A stretch of DNA of 64,000 bases. Origin: Diplonema papillatum (Eukaryota). The stretch covers positions 141,284 through 205,283 of the forward strand of contig JAPJBO010000372.1 of NCBI GenBank assembly GCA_030068145.1. The letters are read 5' to 3'. Within the stretch, counting starts at the first letter, position 1. Each line of letters starts with the position of its first letter. This document shows, in pieces, positions 45,862 to 57,846 of the stretch. Made by a program: the position numbers and the translations under genes. The notes beneath the pieces are model-generated. The model was not told the origin of the DNA. It saw only the letters and a program-made list of their open reading frames with translations, and searched no databases.

Positions 45862-47455
45862 GTTCTCTAAGGGTAGGCGGGTTTTTCTTTTTTGGCCCAT
45901 GTCCGCGTGCGCGTAAATTTTTGGAAACTCCCGGAAAAAAAAAACTTTTGCCAAAAAAAAAACTCTTAGGATCTGTGCATTGGAACCGGTCGTGAGAGCG
46001 ACTGCAGGCGTAGTCACGAGCGTGTCCGGCTCGGGAAAGTCGAAAACCTGTTCATCAAACCGATACTTCACGGCGATGCAAATCGCGTAGACTTTGTTTA
46101 CCTCAGTGTGTATTGACTTTGAAGCTGACTATGCCCGGTGCTGGGTTGGTGCGCTGGGCAAGCAATATCGTGCTACTTTGACGTTGGTGTCAATCTAAAC
46201 AGCAAGATATGCGTAGCTTTAGCCAGCTCCTACTGGACGAAGCACGCGGGATACAAGCACAGCCTCAGCCTCGAAAGTGTGCGCGGTTTTACCGGCAAGG
46301 GTCGGGAGGTTTTGCCACTGTGGTGCGATTATCACACAAAACCAGTCCGGGGCAGTACACGCGTCTATGCCTTCCAGCTACTAGCATCTGAGACGCGACT
46401 GAGGAGGCATTAAAAGGACGCGGGGCAAGCGATGCGTTCACGGTGCTTGCGACATAGTGCACTTGACCGGCGGCAATGCCTTGTGCCGCGGTATATTTGC
46501 GAAGAAAACGGCACTCGTCGCCTGACAGTCTAGACTGCACATCCCTGAGCATAACTGCCTTCGTTGCACACGGCGTCTAACCAATTGCCGTGTGCTAGAA
46601 GCACCTGCCCTCCGTGTGGTCACTGGTCTCTTTCGATGTGGGTGAGGTACATCTTGTGAGTCCGGCGCCGTTTGCTACGCATCAGAAGGTGGACGGCAGA
46701 GTACCGACAAACTCCGTTTACACCAAGCAGGGCATTTTGTGTACTCGGGTAATATTGACAAAGCCACTACACCCGAAGTGACGGTGTCGACGTCCGCCTT
46801 TGGGGGTTTCAACAGCAGACCGCCGCAGAAGCCGCGAGAGCAACCATCCTTGCACAAGGTGGAGGAAAGCAGAAGTTGAAGTTCACCATACTCTGCGGGT
46901 AGCTGGCGCTTATTCTCGCCGATGGAAATGCCACCGACCAGCCGTCAGTTCGCACGGTGGTCCGTGACATCGCACTGGGGCATGTCAGAAGAGAGATACA
47001 AGATTGACGGACACCCGCACAATCGACAGTCCTCTGGGTCACTGCTTTATTGTTCGCAGCGTACCCAGCGAACCGCGATCTCGAGTTCAAACCCGAGTGT
47101 TTTTTTCCTGTGGCATCGTCTATTATCTGCAGCCTCCGACTATGGAAGGTTTTTTCGAAACGCACCCCGTGCGACGTTCAGGACTGTTGAACTCTAGACT
47201 GCCACTGCAACCCCTCGGACACATCAAGTTCATCATCACACTCACCTTTGAGCTCATCGTCCAGGAATTCTAACAACAACGGGCACAAAAGTGCCAACAG
47301 CGGACTGGCCAGTAGTATAGCCGGCACATATGGTGTGACATCCAGTAGCAGAAAGTCTTGTGGCAAAAGTTTTTTTTCTTCTGAAAAGTTTTTTTTTTGC
47401 GCGCGCGCGTGTAAATTTCTGTGGGCCGACGGAAAAAAAAAAAACCGCCTACCCT
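45862..47455. mobile_element. MITE-like non-autonomous element of about 1.6 kb, flanked by roughly 100-bp inverted repeats rich in A10/T10 runs
   Basis: 45862-45965 (agggtaggcgggtttttcttttttggcccatgtccgcgtgcgcgtaaatttttggaaactcccggaaaaaaaaaacttttgccaaaaaaaaaact) matches the reverse complement of 47345-47455 (...cttctgaaaagttttttttttgcgcgcgcgcgtgtaaatttctgtgggccgacggaaaaaaaaaaaaccgcctaccct). The interior has no convincing ORF. Confidence 0.4.
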
Positions 47456-47990
47456 AACTCGTCTCTCTATCTCCATGTGTTGATAGTTGAGTGTGCAGGC
47501 ATGCGCATCCTGTCGTTTTGGTTTTGCGATACAAACCTTCGTACCCGGCTCTTGCAGGGCTTTTGTAGGCCTGAGTACGCACTGCGCCACATGAAATACG
47601 GTAGGGGCTTGAGGTGATTACCTCCCACATTCAAGTTCTCAGACCGAGAGTGCTCTATTTCCTCCCACTTAAGACAGCTGTAGTTGTTGTGTGCATGATG
47701 AGCACTCCTGCGTGGAAACACTGCTCTCGACTCGATGTCCATCTTTCTACTCCTTCCTCACGCCATCGGACGGCCCTCCCGTTATGCTCGAGAACGTAGT
47801 TTCATGTTCTTCCGCTTCTTTTTTTTGCTGCGACGCACTCACAAAGCTGGAGAGGGTCTGACACCTATTCCCTCCAGAAGACAAGATGCGCACCGAAAGT
47901 CGGGGGGAACCTTGGCCACCAGTTAGTACCTGTCCCATTGTAGTTGAATCCTGCCCATAGCATATCCACAATACTCCACACTGGCACAGG

Positions 47991-50447
47991 TTGGGCATGG
48001 TCACTCGATCCCAGAAGGTTGGGGCCGCGGTCGCATGTGTTGCGTTGAGTGTGCTGTTATGGAGTGACGAAAATATATGGGGGACTGCAGAGAATGCCTC
48101 TTCGACCGCCGAGTGGGTTTGGTCTGATGGTTCAGACGATTCTGAAGTAGACGGACATATCGATTACTTCGCAAAGTTCCTTTCGTCAGAAGCCGATTAC
48201 GAACTGAGTGTGTCCGCACAACAAGGATGCTCCGCATTTCACCATCATTCACAGAAAGAAGTAGCACCCGACACTTGCAACATTAAGGCCGAGGCAAGTC
48301 CAGGGTGCTTGAGCTGTCGGGAGCGCTTGCCAAGTAGCTTCGCTTACATGGAAGGGTGGCGTGTGCCAGAGTTCTACCACAGTTCGAGAATCGACTCCGC
48401 CAATTGGAGGCCGATTTTATCGGCACTGGACAGTTACCTGATGGAGAAAATCGCGCAGAACACATCCCAAGAGCGCCTACGCAAACGGCTCATCGTCGAT
48501 ATTGGCTTTTCGCACAGTTCCGAACTGTCGTGGATGGCTGATATGTATCACGCACCCGCGACATCTCTCTTTTCTTTCGAGCCGCATCCCGACACGTTCC
48601 GCACACTGCAGGCCGAAGTTGCCGCAAAAGGTCTGAGACGCAAGATGCCGATCGTCTTGCACAATAAAGGTGTCGGGCACATTGATGGACAACAAAGGTT
48701 TTGGCTGAACAAGAACAGTAGCAAAGCATCTTTTCAGAGAGTGCGGAGAGACGACTACGAACAGATCCCGTTCATGGTGAATGTCACAAGGCTGGATACC
48801 GCTATGCCAAAACTGACCAATACGGTTGTGCCGCTTATGAAGGTGCGCTTTACTCCACGAGCAATTCGTTTCTTCGGGTGTTTTCGCGTTCTGTAGGGGC
48901 AGCAGCATCTGGCCGAGGACGGGTCTGGCAGCAGCGACATTGCGAGCACGAGTCAGACAAACCGCTTCTTTATTAGGTGACAGTAGGCCGATACACCGAA
49001 AAGTAAACGTAAAGAAAAACAACGAAGTAGAGTGTCGGTCCGCGTTCCTTTTTTCCGGCGCCATGCACTTGATCACTGGCTTTTGGCGTTCTGCTTGGCA
49101 TGTGCGATTCTCCTCCTCTCCAGATGGTACTGCCCACACGGGAATTTCTCTCGATGCAGGTAATCCTACGGCTCATTGCCCCTCGTGTCTGTGGACCTGT
49201 ACCGCCTCCTGCATCACACACACGCCTTCTCCTTCCCTTTTTGGTCTCCTGGTCCTCTGGAGTGCCAGCACCTCTGCTGCTCGGGCGTCCCGCACTTTAA
49301 ACTGATCTCTTCGTCACGTCCTGTTGGTTGTGGTGCAGTCATCTTCGATATCTCTTGGTGGTGAGTTGTTTCTACTTACGCAGTTAAAAATACAATGTTT
49401 GGGGCAGAAAACTCTTCTTTCCAGGTTAGTGTTCCCTGCAGGATTCGGGTTCCCTAATTTGCGAATGCTATTATTATCCGTAAGAGTTCTTTTTTGTACA
49501 TAAGCATCATCTTGGAGAGGGGAAAAGAACCGCAGGGATCCCAAGTGCTGGAACTACCAAACCACGTGTTGAACGGACGTGAGGTCATGCGGGTCTATCC
49601 CTACACGACAAGACACACAAACGACCCAGCGACCCGGATCCAACAAAACTGCGCCGCGCCTAGCGACCTGGTCGCTGCGTCCAACCGCCTCATGACTATC
49701 GCAGACAGACTGCAGTCAAAAGTTGCAGAACAGGCCTCGAATAATGTTGGACTGGCATAACAAGGAGAGAGGCTGTCCAAGTTTATTCCGGTCCAGAATA
49801 TTTCCATTTAGGGTATGTACGACGAATACTTAACACTTGTACCCCCCAGAAAGCATCACCCCTCGCCGGATATTGAACCATGCTAGAATCCTTGAAATGA
49901 AGTCGACATTTTGGGAAGGCCCAGCTTATTAGATCCACAGTTCACGAAGCACACAAGGGGTACCTGATCTCGTACCGACTTTACTCCGCAATTGTGTTTG
50001 TAGCATCTGACATGCCACAGACCATCGTTCCCACGTTTCTTTTTGCCGATTTGAAGGCCTCTTTCTAGTGACAGCTGACCCGTTTGACGTGCACAAATAG
50101 AGCAGATGTTATTTAATCCATTTTGCCAACAGGTGAGCGCAGGCCGCTGGGAATACGCAGCACTCCTCGGAGCACACCATGTTCTGAACCGCACTGCTGT
50201 GGTCATTGCAGACATAAGCGCAATGCCCAACAATTCTGCGATTGTCCAGTTTCTCTCTACCAACGGCTTTCATGTTTACGCTCTCGGGTGTGGCTCGCTT
50301 GCTCGAATCCCTCAAGATCGTCCTTGGTGGTGGTCCTCTGTCCTGGCAGTGAAGACGATTTTGAAACCTGCGGCGGAGCAGTTTGTGTGCTGGGACTTCT
50401 CGAACACAACTCTCGTCTGTGATTCGCCACATGCAGCAAAGGTTTGA
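47991..50447 (+). CDS. Secreted or membrane FkbM-family (Methyltransf_21) methyltransferase; first exon 47991 to about 48842, last exon about 50118-50447; middle exon(s) unresolved
   Basis: Exon 1 has an N-terminal hydrophobic signal-like segment (VGAAVACVALSVLLW) followed by LIVDIGFSHSSELSWMADMY...FSFEPHPDTFRTLQAEVAAKGL...IVLHNKGVGHIDGQQRFW, which matches the FkbM motifs (vDiGAn..., yafEPnp..f..L..n, ...s...g). A possible donor is aag|gtgcgc at 48843. ORF 50106-50447 (...VVIADISAMPNNSAIVQFLSTNGFHVYALG...) fits the C-terminal part of the FkbM domain after the acceptor ccaacag at about 50117. The IDLLKIDVEG-like segment was not located. Confidence 0.45.
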
Positions 50448-51648
50448 CAGTCTTTTTGTTTTTGGAAAGCGGAGAATCAATACAAGCCTGCTTCTCATAG
50501 ATTGTGCAGAGATTATCTCGAGGAGGACAGAATCAAATCTTGACAGCCGGCGATGAAGCTACTGGAGTCTGCACATTTATACACACACACACAGTATGCT
50601 CCCGAGGGTTGCAGGGAGGAGGCCTCACCGGCGCTTGACATTTATCGTACTCTCGACCACGACATGGATCCTGTCGAGACGACTGCTATGTATGCCTCAC
50701 ATTTTCGCAATCAGCACACCCAGTTGTTGGCTCATTGTAGTTAATCCGCCGAGTATTGCCGCCATTTAGTCTTTTCTTCATGGAGATTTTCACCTTTCAC
50801 ACATAGTTGGCTGAATCGGTAGCAAATGTCAACTCTCAATCAGGGCGTCTCCAGATACACATAGGAAGCTCAAGATGATTTTTCTCGCAGTTGCGTTCAC
50901 TTCAATTGCAGTTGTGGGTTACTATCTTGTCGTTCCAATCACAATGGTGCTCCTTCGTTTTCGGAGAGCATCAGATTACGAGATGCAGAAAACCAGTCGC
51001 AAAGGATCTTTTGATGTGGAATCCGATATTACATTGTCCCCGATAACGTTTTTGAACTCGAAGACGAACAATGTACTTTGATCAACAGCAACCAATTTCC
51101 GGTGAGTGAGTGCTCGTTTCAGCAGTCAGTCAATGACTGTGAAACAGACTATCCGAAGAAATGTGTAGCAAGTCTGGCTGGGCAAACCATCAATAAACAC
51201 CACCGTCTATCCGGGTCACAACCCTAGCTTGCCTCATCTCTTGCTATCGTCTTGTCAATGTAACCGACTCTCCTTTGTGTTTCTTTCGTTCCCTTTTGGC
51301 TACCGATTACACGACCGATAGAACGTAGTTGACAATCAATCATCAATCAAGAATCATGAAGGATGACACATGGAAAGAAAAAGCTATGAATGGGGTTTTT
51401 GTTTCTATTCTGTGGAGTGGCAGTTTGGACTGGATTTGAACTGAATTGTACACTGGATTTGTGGGTGTGTGGGCCTTTGAAGCGTAAGTGATTCCTCTCG
51501 CGTTGCTCCTCATGCCCCACCGTTCACGGGCTTCATTGCTTCACTGCCCCGCATCATCTGTTCGTCCCTAGTCTTATTATATTTGCCTCTGCCTGGGTTT
51601 TTGGTTCCTTCGTTCCGAGACTAACCTTTAGGGAAAAATGAAGAGAAC

Positions 51649-52980
51649 ATGATCCTGCGATGCCTTCGACAGACACGGAAAGCGACTTTGCAACAGAAGA
51701 AAACGACGAATGACGATGACATTGCTGTGCAGCTCCTGCACGAGAAGTACTGTTCTGTCATTTCCATTCCGAACAAGAAGTATGGCCGTCGACATGTGCT
51801 GCCAGCTTCACAGTTAATACGAACTGCTGACGAAATGGCACGAATGGTTCGAGAGTGGAAGCAAGGAGAAGGTTGGATCATTGGTTTCCAAACTTGCGAA
51901 GCGGTGCTGCGGTTCATGGCAAACCACGGCCTTGGAGGTCAAGCATGGACTTTCCGTTGTTGGATGGCAATCGAAGAGATTGCTATTATGAGAACCTCTG
52001 ACCGATTCAAGCTCGATTTACTGTGTCTCAGAGCGGCTGCGAAAGAAAGAAGTCTTGCTGATGCAACACGAACGAAGTGTGAACACAAAAGCCTCCCACA
52101 GAAGATATGGAGCAGCATGCACTGGACATACAATTTGTCTGATTTGCCAGCATTCCTTCTATCACAGTTGGCCGTTGCGCTTCTTTCTATTGGAGAGACC
52201 GGTGAGGCGCATCGTGCTATCAAGGTGATTCACACGACACAACCACACTTTCGACTTCATACCCCTGTGTGGTCAGCGCTTGTTGTAAATGCTGAAAACC
52301 TGGAAGCTGCAGTTCGGCAGTTTGAGACTGCACGAAAAGAGGTACCACCCGACGCTGTTCTGTACCACAATCTCTTCCAAAAATGCCGAAGCTCCCTAGA
52401 GGGAGCACTTCGCAAAAGTGGAAAAACCCATCGCCTGTCTCTGATTGAGTCGACACTTGCAACTGAAAGCACACAAAGTAGCAGCAGTGGAAAAGCCATT
52501 CCAACAGAGAACCGTGTACCACCTAACTTTCGTACTCTAGCCCAAGGCACAACAGCACATTTCAGCAAGAATTTGATTTCCAACTCGCTGACACTTGCGG
52601 CTGATGACTTGGAAATGCTTGCCTCACGAACAGAAGCTGATGAAGTCATCATTGCAATGCGGTATTTTCATCAAGCTCTGGGAGACACGTGCATCGGTAT
52701 CCCTGTCTGGACAGGCTTATCAGATCTTTTTCTGACAGCAGAAGATCTGTTTGAACAATTGAGCATCGTGTCACGCGGGCCTGCTGTATCAGGTACATAT
52801 GCCAATTTGATACAGCAAGTTTCATACATTGCTAATTCAGCTTCCAGTGATGCAGAGATGTTTGGAACATTCTTCACACTCTTGTATGAGGACACAACAT
52901 CACTTGGATTTTCATCTAGTTACATTCGAAGATTGTTCTCAGCTCATGCACCTTCGTTTCACAGGGCTGTTGGTGTGTAG
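51649..52980 (+). CDS. Hypothetical protein, 443 aa, single exon, no recognisable family (ORFan)
   Basis: Long uninterrupted ORF with ordinary amino-acid composition, in a locally AT-richer segment (about 45-48% GC versus about 55-58% in the MVP/CHO2 regions). Confidence 0.35.
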   Translation: MILRCLRQTRKATLQQKKTTNDDDIAVQLLHEKYCSVISIPNKKYGRRHVLPASQLIRTADEMARMVREWKQGEGWIIGFQTCEAVLRFMANHGLGGQAWTFRCWMAIEEIAIMRTSDRFKLDLLCLRAAAKERSLADATRTKCEHKSLPQKIWSSMHWTYNLSDLPAFLLSQLAVALLSIGETGEAHRAIKVIHTTQPHFRLHTPVWSALVVNAENLEAAVRQFETARKEVPPDAVLYHNLFQKCRSSLEGALRKSGKTHRLSLIESTLATESTQSSSSGKAIPTENRVPPNFRTLAQGTTAHFSKNLISNSLTLAADDLEMLASRTEADEVIIAMRYFHQALGDTCIGIPVWTGLSDLFLTAEDLFEQLSIVSRGPAVSGTYANLIQQVSYIANSASSDAEMFGTFFTLLYEDTTSLGFSSSYIRRLFSAHAPSFHRAVGV

Positions 52981-53145
52981 AAATCTTCTATCATTCTTGT
53001 TCCTTCGACTTCACACAGACAGCTAAATTACTTACACAAACTCAACCCCTGAAGGACCACACTTAGAACACATGCCTCAAATCTTCATCTTTTTTAGGGA
53101 GGAGTCAGTTGCATGCAAACAAGTGCCACACTATACCTCATGGGG

Positions 53146-53830
53146 TGATTTCGCCTTGTTTTCGCATTCTGCACCCATTATTTCAGCCTAAACGAGCATC
53201 CGACCACGTATTTTGCATTTCCCGAGCATTTTAGGACCACCCAAGTGGTAGGTTTCTGGTTTTGAGCTGCGGGCCCCCCCCCCTTTTTTCCGAAAAACAG
53301 GGGTCTTTCAGGGTCCTTTCAGGGTCCCGGCGGTTTGGCGACACATTTTGCAGGCGTTTTATGAACCCACACCGGTGTGGATCAAACTTTCCTGGGGTTT
53401 CCGATTGTTTTTGGGTTCCGTTTGCGGTTGTGTCCTAGTCGGGCTGCTTTTTGTGGCTGCAGTTTGGGTTTTTGATGATTTTCCTTAAGGAATTGCCTAG
53501 GAATTGGCTTGTGGGGGTGATTTGGCCTTGTTTTCGCATTCTGCAGCCATTATTTCAGCCTAAACGAGCGTCTGACTACTTTTTCCGCCGTTTTGGAGCA
53601 TTTTATGAGCACCTGAGGGGTAGGTTTCGAGTTTTGGATTTCTGGTGACACCCCCCCTGGGTTTTCTGATGTTTTCCTTAAGGAATTGCCTAGGAATTGG
53701 CTTGTGGGGGTGATTTGGCCTTGTTTTCGCATTCTGCAGCCATTATTTCAGCCTAAACGAGCGTCTGACCACTTTTTCCGCCGTTTTGGAGCATTTTATG
53801 AGCACCTAAGTGGTAGGTTTCGGAAAAAAA
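53146..53830. repeat. Tandem repeat with a unit of about 190 bp (three copies)
   Basis: ggtgatttggccttgttttcgcattctgca(c/g)ccattatttcagcctaaacgagc(a/g)tc(c/t)gac(c/t)ac...tttatgagcacct(g/a)ag(g)gtaggtttc recurs at 53146, 53516 and 53706. The unit is prefixed by ccttaaggaattgcctaggaattggcttgtggg in copies 2 and 3. Confidence 0.7.
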
Positions 53831-53899
53831 AAAAAAAAATCCTCATCATCAGTCAGCGGAAGCAAAAACAAACAAACAAACCAAAGTCTCTAAGGGCCC

Positions 53900-55560
53900 C
53901 CGGTTGTTTTAGTGGGCGGACGAAGTCTCCACGGACGACGGGGCAGGCAGCAGCAGGAGCAACAGCAGCAGCAGCGTCGCGAGCGGCGGCGGAGGTGGCG
54001 GCGGCGCCCCGGAAGGCGGAGGCGCCCCCGGCGGACCGCAGGCGCCGGCAGAGCAGGGGGGGCAGGGTGAACAGGGAGATGAGGGACGAGCGCCCGGCGC
54101 CCAAGCTGCCCCTCGGGGGCAGGTGCCGATCACTGGGGGGGTAGAGCCGATCCCCCGAGTCCCCCCCCCTCACCACCCAGCGCCACACACCCGGGTCACG
54201 TGCGAGCTGTAGCGGGCCAGCCGTCACGACCGACCACACGCATGCCGGACCAAGGGCACCCGGCATGCACACCACCACGGCGGAGGGGTTCGGCTCTACC
54301 ACCCTTTTTCACGTGACACCCCCCGACACACCCCGGACTCCTGAACCCGAAACGGCGCAAGGGTCGGCGGCGAGGCCAGGCACCTCGGGGCCGGATGGCC
54401 AGGCCGGCGACCCAGGAGCGGAGCTGTTCCCTGCGAGTTTCCCGTTTGGTTTCCGCGCCCATGAAAATGGAACCCCCATGAGCGCGTTACGGGGTCCCAA
54501 GTGCCGGGTGGAGCGGCGTAACAAAAAAAAAAAAAAAAAACCACCAACAAACCCACAGGCACCCCCCAAAAAACGAGAGCTCCCCCCCCCGAAAAACGCC
54601 TCAGCACCCGAAACAAACCCGCAGGCACCTCCCCCAAAACGAGAGCCACTCCCCCCGAAAAACGCACCAGCACCGGAAACAAACCCGCAGGCACTCAAGA
54701 GAAAAGACCCCCCGGTGGACTGAGCAACCCACAACTCTTGAAGCCGCCGCCGGGCGGCGGCGCACGACTGCCAAAGACGGGGGGCACAAAAGGAGGGGAC
54801 AGACGCCGGAGCCCGCTCCCCACCTACCCGCCCAAGCCCCGCCCGAAAGAAACTGAGGCCCACCCCTAGCAAAGAAGAAAGGAGGGTAAAAGCGGGGCGC
54901 CGACGGGAGGCCCGGGCCAAAAGGAGGGAGGAGGAAGGGCAGCAGCCCCGCAGCCCCAGCCCGGCCCCCCGAAAGGAGGACGAGGGGGACCCGCCCACCA
55001 CGAAGGGGAGGTGGTGGGCGAGAAACAAAAGGAGGAGGGAGGGTGGAAGGAGAAAGACCCGTCCCCACAAGAAGAGACGGGAAGGCCTCCGCAGGCCTGC
55101 CCCGCCCGAGGAGGACGAAGAGACCCCGGTCTCGTGCCCGCAAGGCAGGGGCGCCCCCCCCAGGAGGGCGGGAGGGTGGAAGAAGGGACCCTCCCCTGGT
55201 CTAGGCGTGTGGGGGTTAATCGTACTGTGCGGGGCGTTCTGCCTCGGGCAGGCGACCCCACGGCCCCAGGGGGTGGTACGCGGCCGGTGGGGGGCACAAC
55301 CCTCCACCGACGACGGCGAACCCACGCCGACACCGGAGGCCCGGTGCCCAAGGACGCCCCGCCCCCCCCGCCCCAGCCCCCGCCCTCGCCCCCCTTCCCG
55401 GTCTGACGATGGGGGGGAACAACGCGCCAGGGTTGGAGAGCGGCCACAAGACCGGCCATCCCCCCCACGACCCCCCCAAGAGAACAGACACACCCCCCGG
55501 CCGCCTATGAAGGAGGGAGGGGGCAGGGGGCGAGCGGCCCCGTGGCCCCTCCCCCCGGAG
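53900..55560. repeat. Extreme GC-rich, strand-skewed low-complexity block (G/A-rich on + strand), including a 3x tandem repeat of about 64 bp at 54527-54715
   Basis: Runs of gcagcagcagc, gcggcggcgg, ggggg and ccccc; the 64-bp repeat cccgaaaaacgc..cagcacc.gaaacaaacccgcaggcac.tcccccaaaacgagagc recurs three times. The long ORFs called here (53853-54302, 54309-56279, 54601-55143, 54866-55468, 55011-55406 and others) are low-complexity artefacts. Confidence 0.7.
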
Positions 55561-55580
55561 GGGGGACAAGACCCGGAAAC

Positions 55581-56072
55581 CCCGCAAACCCGCAAACCCG
55601 CAAACCCGCAAACCCGCAAACCCGCAAACCCGCAAACCCGCAAACCCGCAAACCCGCAAACCCGCAACCCGCAAACCCGCAAACCCGCAAACCCGCAAAC
55701 CCGCAAACCCGCAAACCCGCAAACCCGCAAACCCGCAAACCCGCAAACCCGCAAACCCGCAAACCCGCAAACCCGCAAACCCGCAAACCCGCAAACCCGC
55801 AAACCCGCAAACCCGCAAACCCGCAAACCCGCAAACCCGCAAACCCGCAAACCCGCAAACCCGCAAACCCGCAAACCCGCAAACCCGCAAACCCGCAAAC
55901 CCGCAAACCCGCAAACCCGCAAACCCGCAAACCCGCAAACCCGCAAACCCGCAAACCCGCAAACCCGCAAACCCGCAAACCCGCAAACCCGCAAACCCGC
56001 AAACCCGCAAACCCGCAAACCCGCAAACCCGCAAACCCGCAAACCCGCAAACCCGCAAACCCGCAAACCCGC
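55581..56072 (+). repeat. (CCCGCAAA)n 8-mer satellite array 1, about 61 units (complement TTTGCGGG)
   Basis: Near-perfect units with one 7-mer variant at about 55667. The array ends at cccgcactagaaatgagcacatggtctaagcacgttaggagagttggttttggtgtgctttccgccaa. Confidence 0.9.
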
Positions 56073-56643
56073 ACTAGAAATGAGCACATGGTCTAAGCAC
56101 GTTAGGAGAGTTGGTTTTGGTGTGCTTTCCGCCAAAGAAGGCCAAGTCAAGGCTTCGTGGCCAGATTTGGTCGCAAAATCTTCATCCTTCTCCTTCCCCT
56201 TTTCCTTCCAGGGTCTGTTTTCCTGTGGCGCTGGCACTGCCCGACCGCCCCTGTTTCTTTTCCTTAAAATTTTGGACAACCAACGATTTAAAAGCTACAG
56301 TTTCTGTACTTTATTGGTACTTTAACACACCTTGACAGCCTAAGGGCTGCTATTTTGGCTTGGCCAGGTCCCTCTTGAAGGGGCCTGGCCTTTCTTTTAT
56401 CAAACATTGCCTTGGAGAGCATAGCCCTTTCATGGGGGACAAGAACCTGACCTGCACCTCCTCGTGGTGTCCCTCGGAAACGTGCCAAAACAAGGCACGG
56501 CTGACGCAGGCAGTATTTGTTGATGCATTTCCCCTTTTTCTTCAGGTGGTGGGATCCAAAAAATCACCGGATGCCCAAAAAACGCATTTCAAGGTCAATC
56601 CCTTGAAACCTGTGCAAGATGTGTTTTTACTTTTCCTTCAATT

Positions 56644-56760
56644 GGATACGACCATACTCTGGTGAAAGCACCCCATCCCGCCTGATTTGGGAAGTTAAGC
56701 ACCAGCAGGCTGACTAGTACTGCGGTGAGTGATCACGTGGGAACCCCAGGTGTTGTATTC
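56644..56760 (+). rRNA. 5S ribosomal RNA gene, copy 1
   Basis: ggatacgaccatactctggtgaaagcaccccatcccgcctgatttgggaagttaagcaccagcaggctgactagtactgcggtgagtgatcacgtgggaaccccaggtgttgtattc aligns with the universal 5S consensus (CCATAC...CTGAA..GCACC..GATCTCGTCTGATCTCGGAAGCTAAGCAGGG...GGTTAGTACTTGGATGGGAGACC..GGGAATACCGGGTGCTGTA). The 5' ggatacgac pairs with the 3' guuguauuc in helix I, and a T-run terminator (ttttcc) follows. This copy has one C fewer than copy 2 (caggctgac versus caggcctgac). Confidence 0.85.
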
Positions 56761-57483
56761 TTTTCCCTTCTCCTTCTCCTTCTCCCTTCTCCTTCTCCTT
56801 CTCCTTCTCCTTCTCCTTCTCCTTCTCCTTCTCCTCCTTCTCCCTTCTCCTTTTCCTTCCAGGGTCTGTTTTCCTGTGGCGCTGGCACTGCCCGACCGCC
56901 CCTGTTTCTTCTCCTTAAAATTTTGGATAACCAACGATTTAAAAGCTACAGTTTCTGTACTTTATTGGTACTTTAACACACCTTGACAGCCTAAGGGCTG
57001 CTATTTTGGCTTGGCCAGGTCCCTCTTGAAGGGGCCTGGCCTTTCTTTTATCAAACATTGCCTTGGAGAGCATAGCCCTTACGTACTCCTCCTTCTCCTT
57101 CTCCTCCTTCTCTTTCTCCTCCTTCTCCTTCTCCTCCTTCTCCTTCTCCTCCTTCTCCTTCTCCTCCTTCTCCTTCTTCTTTGCGCCCCTCTCGCAGCAG
57201 GCCGAACATGGAAAGGTACCTTCTTCCAGGTGGCTCTCAAGCAAAGCGGGTTGCAGTGGATTTTGTTCAGCCCCAAGCAGAAGTAAGCACATTTGGTTCT
57301 TTATGACCCCTTGTTTCTGACAGCTCCCAAGAAGAAGGCTGTAAAGTGGGTAAGGTGGATATTGTGCGGCCTATTCTGGTCTGGGCTATTTCTGACAGCC
57401 CCAAGACAAAAGGGAAGCAAGTTGCATTTCAAGGTCAATCCCTTGAAACCTGTGCAAGATGTGTTTTTACTTTTCCTTCAATT

Positions 57484-57601
57484 GGATACGACCATACTCT
57501 GGTGAAAGCACCCCATCCCGCCTGATTTGGGAAGTTAAGCACCAGCAGGCCTGACTAGTACTGCGGTGAGTGATCACGTGGGAACCCCAGGTGTTGTATT
57601 C
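57484..57601 (+). rRNA. 5S ribosomal RNA gene, copy 2, 840 bp downstream of copy 1 on a tandem unit
   Basis: Same sequence as copy 1 with caggcctgactag, followed by tcttttcc. The roughly 440 bp upstream of each copy (56200-56643 and 56860-57483) is the same spacer, which includes a (CTCCTT)n run. Confidence 0.88.
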
Positions 57602-57846
57602 TCTTTTCCCTCGCCCCAATTGTGCACCCCCCCAAAGGGAACATCAAACATCAATTTGATCAAACACCCTTCTTTCCTTGCTTCCCCCCCTCGACTCGAC
57701 CTTGGTTGGATTTGCGGGTTTGCGGCATCAAGATCTGTTCAGGTCAATGCCCCCTGGCCCACCCTTTTTCTTGTTTCGTGTCTTCAGCATGCATCATCCG
57801 CGCTTGATCATCCACAACCTGCTTTTGCTTTCTCCTGATTCTGGGC

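Noticed and set aside
55581-56072. True telomere at a chromosome end
   Set aside because: The arrays are internal to the window, occur twice in the same orientation, and have unique sequence on both sides. TTTGCGGG is not a known telomeric unit. The question is left as a testable finding.
54309-56279. Very long minus-strand ORF (656 aa) and overlapping ORFs 55207-56325, 55216-56058 and 55505-56089, rich in poly-PANPQTRK / GLRVCGFA
   Set aside because: They are translations of the (CCCGCAAA)n array and the GC-rich low-complexity block. Periodic peptides appear in every frame on both strands, and there is no start or stop context.
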